A stretch of DNA of 45,264 nucleotides from Candidatus Shapirobacteria bacterium. Its GTDB lineage: Bacteria; Patescibacteriota; Microgenomatia; UBA12405. A model generated the notes under the pieces. The model saw nothing but the letters and a program-made list of their open reading frames with translations, did not search any database and was not told the DNA's origin. Both the position numbers and the translations under genes were made by a program. Of this stretch, positions 1-9,135 are shown in pieces (the first letter of the stretch is position 1; each line of letters opens with the position of its first letter). The stretch covers positions 1 to 45,264 of the forward strand of contig JBAZWK010000003.1 in the NCBI GenBank assembly GCA_041660365.1, written 5' to 3'.

Positions 1-1
1 A

Positions 2-478
2 AATAATAAATTAGATAGCAATGAACCTATAAAAGAAGATTGGTTGTTAGCCGGATTAATTCATGATATCGATTATTCAGGCGATACAAAAAATAATCAT
101 CCCAATAAAACTAGGGAAGTATTGGCCAAATTTGGACTAGAAATCAACGACACAGTTGAATCTATTGTCAAAGCACATGCTCCTGAATTGACTGGAGTTA
201 AAACAGAAAACTTGGCCCAATGGTCAATTTTTTGTGCCGACAGTTTAACCGGTCTTATCACTGCAGTCGCTCTAATTTATCCCAGCAAAAAATTAGCCGA
301 AGTAAAAACTTCTTCAGTTTTAAAAAGATTTTTGAAAGAACCCAAATTTGCCGCCGGTACCCGCCGAGACGAAGTAATTCTTTGCCAAGATGCCGATAAA
401 TTAGCCATTCCTTTGGAAAAATTTATTGAAATTTGTTTGGAATCGATGCGGAAAATAGCCTCTGATATAAACTTATAA
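2..478 (+). CDS. HD-superfamily metal-dependent phosphohydrolase, 5'-truncated by the window edge
   Basis: The frame is open from nt 2, with no stop upstream of the track's TTG at 44, so the N-terminus lies outside the window. 'LLAGLIHDIDYSGD' carries the H-D doublet typical of HD-domain hydrolases. Stop TAA at 476-478. Confidence 0.65.
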   Translation, partial: NNKLDSNEPIKEDWLLAGLIHDIDYSGDTKNNHPNKTREVLAKFGLEINDTVESIVKAHAPELTGVKTENLAQWSIFCADSLTGLITAVALIYPSKKLAEVKTSSVLKRFLKEPKFAAGTRRDEVILCQDADKLAIPLEKFIEICLESMRKIASDINL

Positions 479-632
479 GACTTTTTTATTTTTTGACATT
501 TTCAAAAATCTGCATCATATTTTACCTTATTTAAGGCATAATATTTTATCACCTAAGACATATTGAATGTGTATGATGTATTTAGACATATTTGGATACG
601 GAAAAACTTGCGGAGAAAAATGGCTTCAGATG

Positions 633-641
633 TGCTAAAAT
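633..641 (+). promoter_or_regulatory. Extended -10 element TGcTAAAAT upstream of serS
   Basis: TG at 633-634 and TAAAAT at 636-641, 12 nt before the serS ATG (654). No GGAGG-like motif lies between them. Confidence 0.35.
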
Positions 642-653
642 ATCCCCAATCTC

Positions 654-1919
654 ATGATTGATATTAATCTCCTTAGAGAGAATCCAGAAATTGTTAAATC
701 GGCCCTCGAAAAGCGTCAAAAGGATGTTTCTTTGTTAGACAAAGTTTTAGTTTTAGACAAAGATTATCGTCAAGTATTAGGTCAAGTCGAAGAACTTCGT
801 GCTCAACAAAATATTTTTACAAAAAATATTAAAGGTAAACCAACTGCGGATCAATTAATTGAAGTATCAAAAATAAAAGATAAATTAAAAATCTCGGATG
901 GTATTTTAAAAGAAACTGAAAAAAGCTTATTTGATCTTCTTGAAGAAATTCCCAACCTTCCCGCCGATGATGTTCCTGAGGGTAAAGACGATGCCGATAA
1001 CGTCGTTTTAAAAACTGTTGGCACTAAACCAGAATTTGATTTTATTCCCAAAGACCACATCGATTTAGGCGAAGCCCTCGATATTCTTGATGTTAAAAAA
1101 GCCGCCGAAATTTCCGGTTCTCGTTTTGGTTATTTCAAAGGTCAAGGTGCCGTTTTAGAAATGTCGGTCATGTTTTATGCTTTTAAAAAATTAATTGCCA
1201 AAGGTTTTATTGGCATGATTCCGCCGACTATGGTCAAAAGTCACACTGAATGGGCCTGCGGCTACACCAGTAATAAAAATTTGTTTAACGCCGCTTATTC
1301 AAGTCCTGAAGATGATCTGATTTTTATCAGCTCTTCCGAACATTCAGTGGTGCCCTACCACATGAATGAAGTTCTAAATTCTAAAGATTTACCCTTAAAA
1401 TACGTTAATTTTTCACCATGTTTTCGTCGTGAAGCCGGTACTTATGGTAAAGATATGAAAGGCATGCTCCGCGTTCACTTTTTTAATAAAGTCGAAATGA
1501 ATATTTTTACTCTGCCGGATCTTAAAATTTCTGACGCCATGCAATTGGAAATGCTGGCCATCGAAGAAGAAATTCTTCAAGAGCTTGGTCTTCATTATCA
1601 GATCATGAAAAACTGCACCGGCGATCTACCCCAACCTAACCGACGTATGAACGATATTAATACTTGGTTTCCTGGTCAAAATGCTTATCGGGAAACTTCT
1701 TCCTGTAGTAATTGTTCCGATTATCAGGCCCGTCGTCTTAATACTAAAGTTAAAATCGACAACAAAAATGAATTTGTCCACATCTTAAACGCCACCGTTA
1801 TCACTGATCGAGTTATTCTGGCCATCATGGAAAATTTCCAGACCAAAGATGGCAGCATCAACATTCCTGAGGTGCTTTGGCCCTTTACCGGGTTCAAAGT
1901 TATCTCCCCTAAATTGTAG
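654..1919 (+). CDS. serS: Seryl-tRNA synthetase
   Basis: 421 aa. The N-terminal coiled-coil arm begins 'MIDINLLRENPEIVKSALEKR'. Class II core motifs are present ('FRREAGTYGKDMKGMLRVHFFNKVEM', 'SSCSNCSDYQARRL'). Confidence 0.95.
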   Translation: MIDINLLRENPEIVKSALEKRQKDVSLLDKVLVLDKDYRQVLGQVEELRAQQNIFTKNIKGKPTADQLIEVSKIKDKLKISDGILKETEKSLFDLLEEIPNLPADDVPEGKDDADNVVLKTVGTKPEFDFIPKDHIDLGEALDILDVKKAAEISGSRFGYFKGQGAVLEMSVMFYAFKKLIAKGFIGMIPPTMVKSHTEWACGYTSNKNLFNAAYSSPEDDLIFISSSEHSVVPYHMNEVLNSKDLPLKYVNFSPCFRREAGTYGKDMKGMLRVHFFNKVEMNIFTLPDLKISDAMQLEMLAIEEEILQELGLHYQIMKNCTGDLPQPNRRMNDINTWFPGQNAYRETSSCSNCSDYQARRLNTKVKIDNKNEFVHILNATVITDRVILAIMENFQTKDGSINIPEVLWPFTGFKVISPKL

Positions 1920-1931
1920 AGGAGCCACCCA

Positions 1932-1980
1932 CTCCGGTGAATCCGATTTATCGGTGACACCGGAGGAGGTTTGCTTTTTT
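1932..1980 (+). terminator. Candidate intrinsic terminator after serS
   Basis: GC-rich inverted repeat ctccggtg (1932-1939) / caccggag (1958-1965), followed by a T6 run at 1975-1980. The loop is long and the T-tract sits 9 nt from the stem, so this is only moderately convincing. Confidence 0.4.
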
Positions 1981-2026
1981 GATTCCAATAACCCTTAAAA
2001 AATTATATTCATAGTAAAATAGACTG

Positions 2027-4714
2027 ATGTTTCAATTTCTTAAAAATTTAGTCGATGAAAATCAGCGCCATCTTAAGGTCTATAAACCTTTGGTTGCCAA
2101 AATTAATGCCTTTGAACCTGAAATTAAAAAACTGTCTGATAAGCAATTATTCGCAAAAACTACCGAATTTAAGGATAAATTAAAAAATGGTACTAAATTA
2201 GATGATCTTTTACCCGAAGCTTACGCTGTCGTTCGTGAAGCTATCTTTCGCACTATCGGCGAACGAGCTTATGACGTTCAGCTTATGGCGGCTATTGCCC
2301 TGCATCAGGGTGCTATTGCCGAACAGCGTACCGGTGAAGGCAAGACCCACTCTGTCCTCTTTCCGGCCTATCTTAACGCCCTGACGGGTAATGGGGTGCA
2401 CGTGGTCACTCCAAATGATTATTTAACTCGGGTTGGAGCCGGTTGGTATCCGCAAGCCCTAAATTTCCTCGGTCTGACTGCTGCCGCCATTATTCACGAA
2501 GAATCCTTTATTTTAGATCCAAAATATACCGATTCTAACGAAAAAATTGATGATCGTTTGGCCCATTTACGTCCTGTTACCCGTCAAGAGGCCTATCAGG
2601 CTGATATTACCTATGGCACTAACAATGAATTTGGCTTTGATTACCTTCGTGATCACATGGTTTCCGATTTTTCCCAGAAAGTTCAGCGTCCCATTCACAA
2701 TTTTGCCGTGGTCGATGAAGTTGATTTTGTCTTAATAGATGAAGCCAGAACTCCATTAATCATTTCTTCTCCCAATAATCAGCCAGTTGAGAAATATTAC
2801 AAATTTGCTCAAATAGCCCAATCTTTACAACCCACCGATTATGTCATCGATGAAAAATCGCGCAGTGCCACTCTTTCAGAATTTGGCATTCGTAAAGTGG
2901 AAAATATCCTGAAAGTCGGCAATTTATACGAAGAGTCTTTTGAAACTATTCATTATATTGAAAACGCTATCAAGGCTCAAGCCTTATTTCGCAAAGATAA
3001 AGATTACGTTATTAAAGATGGTGAAATTATTATTGTCGATGAATTTACTGGTCGTTTAATGCAAGGCCGTCGCTGGTCAGATGGTCTCCATCAAGCCGTC
3101 GAGGCCAAAGAAAACGTTAAAGTTCAACAAGAATCTCAAACTTGGGCGACTATCACTTTTCAAAATTACTTCCGTCTTTACGATAAATTAGCCGGCATGA
3201 CTGGTACCGCCGCCACTGAAGCTGAAGAATTCAAAAAAATTTACAACCTCGATGTCGTTACCATTCCCACCAATAAAGCTCTTTGTCGAAGCGATGATAA
3301 TGATTTAATTTTCAAAACTCAAAGAGCAAAATATGCCGCTATTGCCGCTAAAGTTGAAGAACTTCATACCCTTGGTCAACCGGTTTTAATTGGCACTACT
3401 AGTATCGCCAAAAACGAAATTATATCCTCAATGCTTCATAAAAAGGGGATTCCTTTTCAAATGTTAAACGCTAAAAATCACCGTTCCGAGGCGGAAATTA
3501 TCGCCAAAGCCGGTATGAAAGGCGCTGTCACCGTCGCTACCAACATGGCTGGTCGGGGTGTGGATATCATTTTGGGTGGACCTCGTGACAAATTTGAACC
3601 TAAAATATGGCAAAAACAGCACGACGATGTCGTTAGTTTTGGCGGCCTTTATGTTATTGGTACCGAACGTCACGAATCCCGTCGTATTGATAACCAGCTC
3701 CGCGGTCGTTCTGGCCGTCAGGGTGACCCGGGTTTTTCCCAATTTTATGTGGCTTTGGACGATGATTTAATGCGCATTTTTGGCGGTGATAAAATTTCTG
3801 GGTTGATGACTCGTTTCAATATGCCCGAAGATACCCCATTAACTCATCCCTTAGTTTCTCGGGTTTTAGAACAAATTCAGGTTAAAGTTGAAGGCTATAA
3901 TTTCGATATTCGTAAATCTTTGGTGGAATACGACGATGTTATCAATAAACAGCGCCAGATTATTTATAAACTACGTGATGACACTTTAATTAATTCTAAA
4001 AACAATTCTGAAGAAAATCGAAATAATATTTTCAAATATCTTCATTCCGAGATCGAACATCTAGTTGCCGAAAACAAAAATTTTGTCGATAACACCGTCG
4101 ATGCCGATAAATTATCTCTCGAATTTTCTGAAATTCTCCCGATGCCGAGCCGTGATCGAGTTCAGCTTCAAAAAGGACTCCAAAAATCCACCGATCCTAC
4201 CGAAACCCTCTATTCCCTTATTGAAAAACAATGGCAGCAACGAGTTGATTATTTTGGTAAAGATCTGGCAAATAACATCCTAACTTACGCCGTAATTCAA
4301 ACTCTCGATCCTCTTTGGGTTGATCATTTGACCGCATTAGACGATTTACGTGATGGGGTTCGCCTTCGTGGTTATGCCCAAAAAGATCCTTTGATTGAAT
4401 ACCGCAAGGAAGGTTATGAAATGTTTAAAGCTTTGCTTCGTCGCTACGAATCTAATTTAGCTCGCATGCTTTTCCGTCTTGAACCAGTGACTACTCCTCA
4501 AACTATTGTTCCTCCCACCGCTACCGAAACTCGCGGCCAGGTCATCGACCCCAATCAACCGGTCGATAACACTAAAAATACCGAAAATGAGGCAGAATTA
4601 AAATTACCCACCCGAGAACCTGTGGTCAACAAAAGCACTCTCGGCCGCAACGATCCTTGTTGGTGTGGTTCCGGCAAAAAATGGAAGCACTGTCATTATC
4701 CGGAATTAGGATAA
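2027..4714 (+). CDS. secA: Preprotein translocase ATPase SecA
   Basis: 895 aa. DEAD-like motor motifs are present ('TGEGKTH', 'VDEVDFVLIDEARTPLIIS', 'TNMAGRGVDI', 'GRSGRQGDPG'). The C-terminus has the zinc-binding SEC-C motif 'CWCGSGKKWKHCH'. Confidence 0.97.
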   Translation: MFQFLKNLVDENQRHLKVYKPLVAKINAFEPEIKKLSDKQLFAKTTEFKDKLKNGTKLDDLLPEAYAVVREAIFRTIGERAYDVQLMAAIALHQGAIAEQRTGEGKTHSVLFPAYLNALTGNGVHVVTPNDYLTRVGAGWYPQALNFLGLTAAAIIHEESFILDPKYTDSNEKIDDRLAHLRPVTRQEAYQADITYGTNNEFGFDYLRDHMVSDFSQKVQRPIHNFAVVDEVDFVLIDEARTPLIISSPNNQPVEKYYKFAQIAQSLQPTDYVIDEKSRSATLSEFGIRKVENILKVGNLYEESFETIHYIENAIKAQALFRKDKDYVIKDGEIIIVDEFTGRLMQGRRWSDGLHQAVEAKENVKVQQESQTWATITFQNYFRLYDKLAGMTGTAATEAEEFKKIYNLDVVTIPTNKALCRSDDNDLIFKTQRAKYAAIAAKVEELHTLGQPVLIGTTSIAKNEIISSMLHKKGIPFQMLNAKNHRSEAEIIAKAGMKGAVTVATNMAGRGVDIILGGPRDKFEPKIWQKQHDDVVSFGGLYVIGTERHESRRIDNQLRGRSGRQGDPGFSQFYVALDDDLMRIFGGDKISGLMTRFNMPEDTPLTHPLVSRVLEQIQVKVEGYNFDIRKSLVEYDDVINKQRQIIYKLRDDTLINSKNNSEENRNNIFKYLHSEIEHLVAENKNFVDNTVDADKLSLEFSEILPMPSRDRVQLQKGLQKSTDPTETLYSLIEKQWQQRVDYFGKDLANNILTYAVIQTLDPLWVDHLTALDDLRDGVRLRGYAQKDPLIEYRKEGYEMFKALLRRYESNLARMLFRLEPVTTPQTIVPPTATETRGQVIDPNQPVDNTKNTENEAELKLPTREPVVNKSTLGRNDPCWCGSGKKWKHCHYPELG

Positions 4715-4722
4715 AATAAACT

Positions 4723-6195
4723 ATGTCTTCAGAAACTTTACATGTCAAAATCAAAGAAGACGAAACTGCCGTTTTACGCTACCAAAAATTAAAATCCATC
4801 GGTCAGGAAGTTTTAGCTTCTGGTTCTTTTATTTTAACTGACCATACTACTGAATCTGATGCTAATTTAGGAAAAAAAATCTTAACAGAGGGAATCCACG
4901 AAACCAATCCGCCACTCTGGGCTTCCTATTTTGAACATATCATTATTGCCCCAGAATACGGCAAAAAAATTGCTAGTTCCGCTGCTGATTGTGGTCTAGA
5001 TGTCAATCCTTATGAGATAGAATTTTTACTTCACCTTCACGATGTTGGTCGTTTAGTCACCTCTTCCGCCTATTTACGTAACGATTATATTGGTAATCGA
5101 CTTTTAGTCGAATTTGGAATTCCTAGACCATTACTTCGTAATTTGCCTTCAAACGAAAAATTAATGTCTACTGCTGAAACTATGAATTTAGACCACGAGC
5201 AATTAACCTTTCAAAGTCCTTTGAACGAAGAACAGAAAAAAATTGCCTCAGAATATTTTGAAGGTATGTCTCCGACCACTAGAATTATTAATTTCGCTGA
5301 CAATCTGGGTAAAAGGGATAAAAAGAACGGTCTTTTTAATGCCGAAATTTTTTTGTCATATTTAAAATCTCAAGAATCCCGATATGACCAAAGCAGTTTA
5401 TGGCCTTCGATTAAATGGGCTTTACCTAAAAGGCAAGCAGGTGCCATTTTACAATCCTACATTATTGAGAAAACTGTTGAATGGTTGACAAATTTAGGTG
5501 TCGATTTAAACGAAATTCATGATCAACTTTCCGATTTTGGTCCTCATTTTATCGTTGTCGCTCGTCATGGTGAGCTTAATAACCCCAAAAACATTGTTTA
5601 CAATCGTGACTCTTTTATGTTACCCGAGGATAGAATTCATCTCAGTGATTCTGGTAAAAATCAAATGGAAATTTTGGGTCAAACTCTTCATAAACGACAA
5701 TTTAATGTTACTCAAATAATTGCCAGTCCAGAAGAAAGAGCCCAAGAATCGGCTAAATTTATAAGCGATCAACTAGGCAATCCCCCGATTGCCATCAATC
5801 CAAATTTGGATGATAATTTCTCTCCCGGTCCCTATCGTGAAAAAATGACTATGAATCAGCTCGCTGAAATTGGTGGCAATGTTTACAGTCAACGCTGGGA
5901 AAAATATCAACACGAACAACCCGACAGTGTTGTTAAAAGAATGCATCAACAATTCATGGAAATGAGTAATTCCTTAAAAACAGGGGAAACTGGGGTATTG
6001 GTTTCCCATGGTGATCCCATTGCCTGGTTACTCAACACTTTACAAAGTGAATTAATACCTAATCCCGAGGATTTACGTCATCTTGAATATCCAGCCAAAG
6101 GAGAAGCAGTCATTGTCATCATTAATTCTGATAATACTATTTATTCTTCATATTCTACCCGAAGTTTCTTACCTACTAATAGAAAAATATATTAG
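4723..6195 (+). CDS. Fusion protein: N-terminal HD-domain hydrolase plus C-terminal histidine phosphatase (phosphoglycerate-mutase superfamily)
   Basis: A single 490-aa ORF. The N-terminal half has 'LLHLHDVGRLV' (HD doublet). The C-terminal half has 'FIVVARHGE' (RHG motif) and 'VLVSHGDPIAW' (second catalytic His). Confidence 0.7.
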   Translation: MSSETLHVKIKEDETAVLRYQKLKSIGQEVLASGSFILTDHTTESDANLGKKILTEGIHETNPPLWASYFEHIIIAPEYGKKIASSAADCGLDVNPYEIEFLLHLHDVGRLVTSSAYLRNDYIGNRLLVEFGIPRPLLRNLPSNEKLMSTAETMNLDHEQLTFQSPLNEEQKKIASEYFEGMSPTTRIINFADNLGKRDKKNGLFNAEIFLSYLKSQESRYDQSSLWPSIKWALPKRQAGAILQSYIIEKTVEWLTNLGVDLNEIHDQLSDFGPHFIVVARHGELNNPKNIVYNRDSFMLPEDRIHLSDSGKNQMEILGQTLHKRQFNVTQIIASPEERAQESAKFISDQLGNPPIAINPNLDDNFSPGPYREKMTMNQLAEIGGNVYSQRWEKYQHEQPDSVVKRMHQQFMEMSNSLKTGETGVLVSHGDPIAWLLNTLQSELIPNPEDLRHLEYPAKGEAVIVIINSDNTIYSSYSTRSFLPTNRKIY

Positions 6196-6230
6196 CTAAA
6201 TCAGCTGTTAAACCAGAGTTAAGTTCAAAA

Positions 6231-6239
6231 TGATAAAAT
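6231..6239 (+). promoter_or_regulatory. Extended -10 element TGaTAAAAT
   Basis: It ends 7 nt upstream of the ATG at 6247, and there is no SD in the gap. Confidence 0.4.
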
Positions 6240-6246
6240 ATATCAG

Positions 6247-7263
6247 ATGAAAAAATTTTCTCAACTTTCGACTGAAATTAAATCGGCCATTAAAAAATCC
6301 CACAATATTTTATTAACTTTACATCCCGGTCCCGATTCTGATTGTCTTGGTGCCAATTTGGCCATGTATTTATGGTTAAAATCTATTGGCAAAAATCCTA
6401 CTTTAATCAAAGGAGACTCTGAATTAAAAACCCAGCCCACCGTTTTCCCTCACTATTATTCCATCACCAAAAATAATATTACTGAAATAAATATTTCCGA
6501 CTACGATCTTTATATTTCCATGGATTCTTCCAGTAAAGAACAGATTTCCAAATTAGTTGATGTCTCGCCACTTTTTCAAAAAATAAAAACAATTGTTATC
6601 GATCATCATTCTCATAACACTTTGGTGTCTCCTCTTAAAATTGCTTCTCCTAAACATGCTGCTACCTGTGAAATAATCTACGATCTTTTTGAAAATTGGC
6701 ATGTCGCCATTACTCAAGATATCGCTATTTGCCTATATTTTGGCATTGTTGGTGATACTGGTAATTTTACTAATGCCAATGTTACCCCCGAAGTGTTTAT
6801 TAAAGCTGGGAAATTAGTAAAAAAAATTAAGGATCTTTATAAATATATCAGCATTTATACTTATCACCGCCAACCGGAAGAATTTACTTATACTCGTGTC
6901 GCTCTTGAAAATATTCAAACTTTTTTTAACAACCAAGTGGCTATTTCTGGAATTTCTCTAAATGATTTAGAAAAAAATAATTTAACTCCGGCCCAGGCCA
7001 GTAAAAATTCTATTTCTGAATTTTTAAGAACCTGCATCGATTGGCAGATAAGTATTTGTTTAGTGGAAACTGAAGCCAATAAATGTGAAGTTTCTATGCG
7101 TTCTCATGCTCCCGAATTTGATGTTTCTCAAGTAGCCCGGAATTTGGGTGGCGGTGGTCACGTCGTTGCCGCCGGTATCACCATTCGCACCGATCTTCCC
7201 ACTGCGATTCAAATGATTGTCACTGAAATCGCCAAAGTCTGTCCCCAACTTGGTAAAGCCTAG
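6247..7263 (+). CDS. DHH/DHHA1 phosphoesterase (NrnA-like nanoRNase / pAp phosphatase family)
   Basis: 338 aa. It carries 'HPGPDSDCLGA' (DHH motif I/II region), 'VIDHHSHN' (DHH) and 'LGGGGHVVAAG' (DHHA1 GGGH). Confidence 0.8.
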   Translation: MKKFSQLSTEIKSAIKKSHNILLTLHPGPDSDCLGANLAMYLWLKSIGKNPTLIKGDSELKTQPTVFPHYYSITKNNITEINISDYDLYISMDSSSKEQISKLVDVSPLFQKIKTIVIDHHSHNTLVSPLKIASPKHAATCEIIYDLFENWHVAITQDIAICLYFGIVGDTGNFTNANVTPEVFIKAGKLVKKIKDLYKYISIYTYHRQPEEFTYTRVALENIQTFFNNQVAISGISLNDLEKNNLTPAQASKNSISEFLRTCIDWQISICLVETEANKCEVSMRSHAPEFDVSQVARNLGGGGHVVAAGITIRTDLPTAIQMIVTEIAKVCPQLGKA

Positions 7264-7264
7264 T

Positions 7265-9106
7265 TTAGTGTCCCGCTCTCTGCGCCCTCACCCGGTCAAC
7301 CTTAGACAAAAATTTCTTTCTTAATCTAATTGATTTTGGGGTAATATCGATTAATTCATCGTTTTCAATAAAGTCCAAAGCCTCTTCAATGCTATATTTT
7401 ATAGCGGGTGCCAAAACAATGGCATCATCATTTCCTGACGAGCGCATGTTAGTTAATTGTTTGCCTTTACAAATATTAATTTCTAGATCTCCAGTTACTG
7501 GTCTAAAACCCACAATTTGGCCTTCATAAATTGGATCAGTCGGTTCCACAAAGGTTATTCCGCGTTTTTGGGCCAAATCTATACCAAAAGATAAAGCTTT
7601 GCCGCTTTCGGAAGCAATCATCACTCCGTTTCTAGTTTTATAATTTTCTTCTTCTTTAGCTTCATAACCTAAAGATAAAAAGCTAATTGATACTTGTCCT
7701 CTAGTTTCACTCATTAAAGAACTTCGTAAACCTAAAGCATTTCTTTCTGAAATTTTATACATCATTTTTATGCCACTTTTATCGTCCGAAGTCATATCCA
7801 ACATTCTGGCTTTTCTTTTACCCAACTCTGCCGTAATTGTCCCAACATAATCTTCTGGGGTCAAAACAGTTAATTCTGAAAATGGCTCGCACCATTTACC
7901 CTCAATTTGTTTCAAAATAACTTCCGGTTTACCAACTTCCATGGCGTAACCTTCTCGACGTAATTTTTCGATTAATACTGCTAAATGCATTTCGCCTCGT
8001 CCCGAGACAATCATTCGAATACTGTCCGAGGGATCATCTTCCACATTTAGTCCTAAATTCGTTTCTCTTTCTTCCATTAATCTTTCCTTCAATTCTCGGC
8101 TAGTTAAAAATCTCGATTCTTCCTTGGCATACACTGAAGTGTTTGGTCCAAAACTTGCTTTTAAAGTTGGCTGTGCCACTTCAATTGTTGGTAAAGCCAC
8201 TTGAAAATTAATATCAGTAATTGTTTGTCCAATTTCAATTTGGGGTACTCCAGCTAAATAAACAATTTCTCCACTCAAAACTTCATCAGCTTCAATTTTG
8301 TTAATGCCTTCATTAACATACATTCTTTCAATTTTAAAATTTCCCAACCCCTTTTGATCCGGGCTGATTAAAGACACAAAACTGCCTTTTTTAATTTTTC
8401 CTTGATGAATTCTTCCCACCGCCAACCGGCCTAAATATTCATTTTTTTCAAAAGACGATACCAACATTTGAAAAGGCTTGGTATCATCTCTTCTGGCACT
8501 GGGAATATATTTTAAAATAGTTTCGAAAAGGGGGGTGGTGTCGCCTTCAACATTAAAATCTTTGGGCATTTCATAAAATGTCTTTCCTTCCCTACCTACG
8601 GCATAAATTATTGGGAAGTCTAGTAATTCCGGATCAGAAGCTAAAGATAAAAATAAATTTTCAGTATCAGAAACAACTTCTTTAGTTCTCTCGTCTTTAC
8701 GATCAATTTTATTAATAACTAAAATTACCCTTAATCCATAATCTAGGGCTCTTTTTAACACAAACTTGGTTTGGGATAATGGCCCTTCGGCGGCATCGAC
8801 TATTAATAGTACCCCATCGGCCATATTTAAAACTCTCTCCACTTCACCGCCAAAATCAGCATGCCCCGGGGTGTCAATAATATTGATCTTGACTCCTTTG
8901 TAAAAAACTGAAGTGTTTTTAGATAAAATGGTGATCCCTTTTTCTCTTTCTAAATCATTACTGTCCATAATTCTATCCATGGTCATTTCATCTTGATTAT
9001 CACGAAAAGAATGAGTCTGTTTCAGTAGAGCGTCCACCAAAGTCGTTTTGCCATGGTCCACATGGGCAATCACCGCCACATTTTTAATATCGCTTGCAAT
9101 TTGCAT
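7265..9106 (-). CDS. typA: Translational GTPase TypA/BipA
   Basis: 613 aa. It has 'NVAVIAHVDHGKTTLVDALL', 'DTPGHADFGGEV' and 'NKIDR', with an EF-G-like domain order and the BipA C-terminal region. Confidence 0.95.
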   Translation of the reverse strand: MQIASDIKNVAVIAHVDHGKTTLVDALLKQTHSFRDNQDEMTMDRIMDSNDLEREKGITILSKNTSVFYKGVKINIIDTPGHADFGGEVERVLNMADGVLLIVDAAEGPLSQTKFVLKRALDYGLRVILVINKIDRKDERTKEVVSDTENLFLSLASDPELLDFPIIYAVGREGKTFYEMPKDFNVEGDTTPLFETILKYIPSARRDDTKPFQMLVSSFEKNEYLGRLAVGRIHQGKIKKGSFVSLISPDQKGLGNFKIERMYVNEGINKIEADEVLSGEIVYLAGVPQIEIGQTITDINFQVALPTIEVAQPTLKASFGPNTSVYAKEESRFLTSRELKERLMEERETNLGLNVEDDPSDSIRMIVSGRGEMHLAVLIEKLRREGYAMEVGKPEVILKQIEGKWCEPFSELTVLTPEDYVGTITAELGKRKARMLDMTSDDKSGIKMMYKISERNALGLRSSLMSETRGQVSISFLSLGYEAKEEENYKTRNGVMIASESGKALSFGIDLAQKRGITFVEPTDPIYEGQIVGFRPVTGDLEINICKGKQLTNMRSSGNDDAIVLAPAIKYSIEEALDFIENDELIDITPKSIRLRKKFLSKVDRVRAQRAGH

Positions 9107-9112
9107 CCGTCG

Positions 9113-9121
9113 ATTTTACCA
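9113..9121 (-). promoter_or_regulatory. Extended -10 element TGgTAAAAT (minus strand) for typA
   Basis: The reverse complement of attttacca at 9113-9121 is TGGTAAAAT. It lies 6 nt upstream of the typA ATG (complement of 9104-9106). Confidence 0.4.
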
Positions 9122-9135
9122 TTAAAATACTAACT

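Noticed and set aside
479-653. Possible T-box riboswitch or other leader RNA upstream of serS.
   Set aside because: The gap is only 175 nt. I see no T-box consensus (..GGTGGTACCGCG..-like), no specifier or antiterminator helices, and the region is extremely AT-rich. It is more simply a promoter region.
7261-7267. Convergent DHH phosphoesterase and typA genes whose stop codons are separated by 1 nt, with no terminator.
   Set aside because: This is noted as a sign of genome compaction. Tail-to-tail packing without hairpins recurs in this window at 35496-35530, so by itself it does not indicate a special element.
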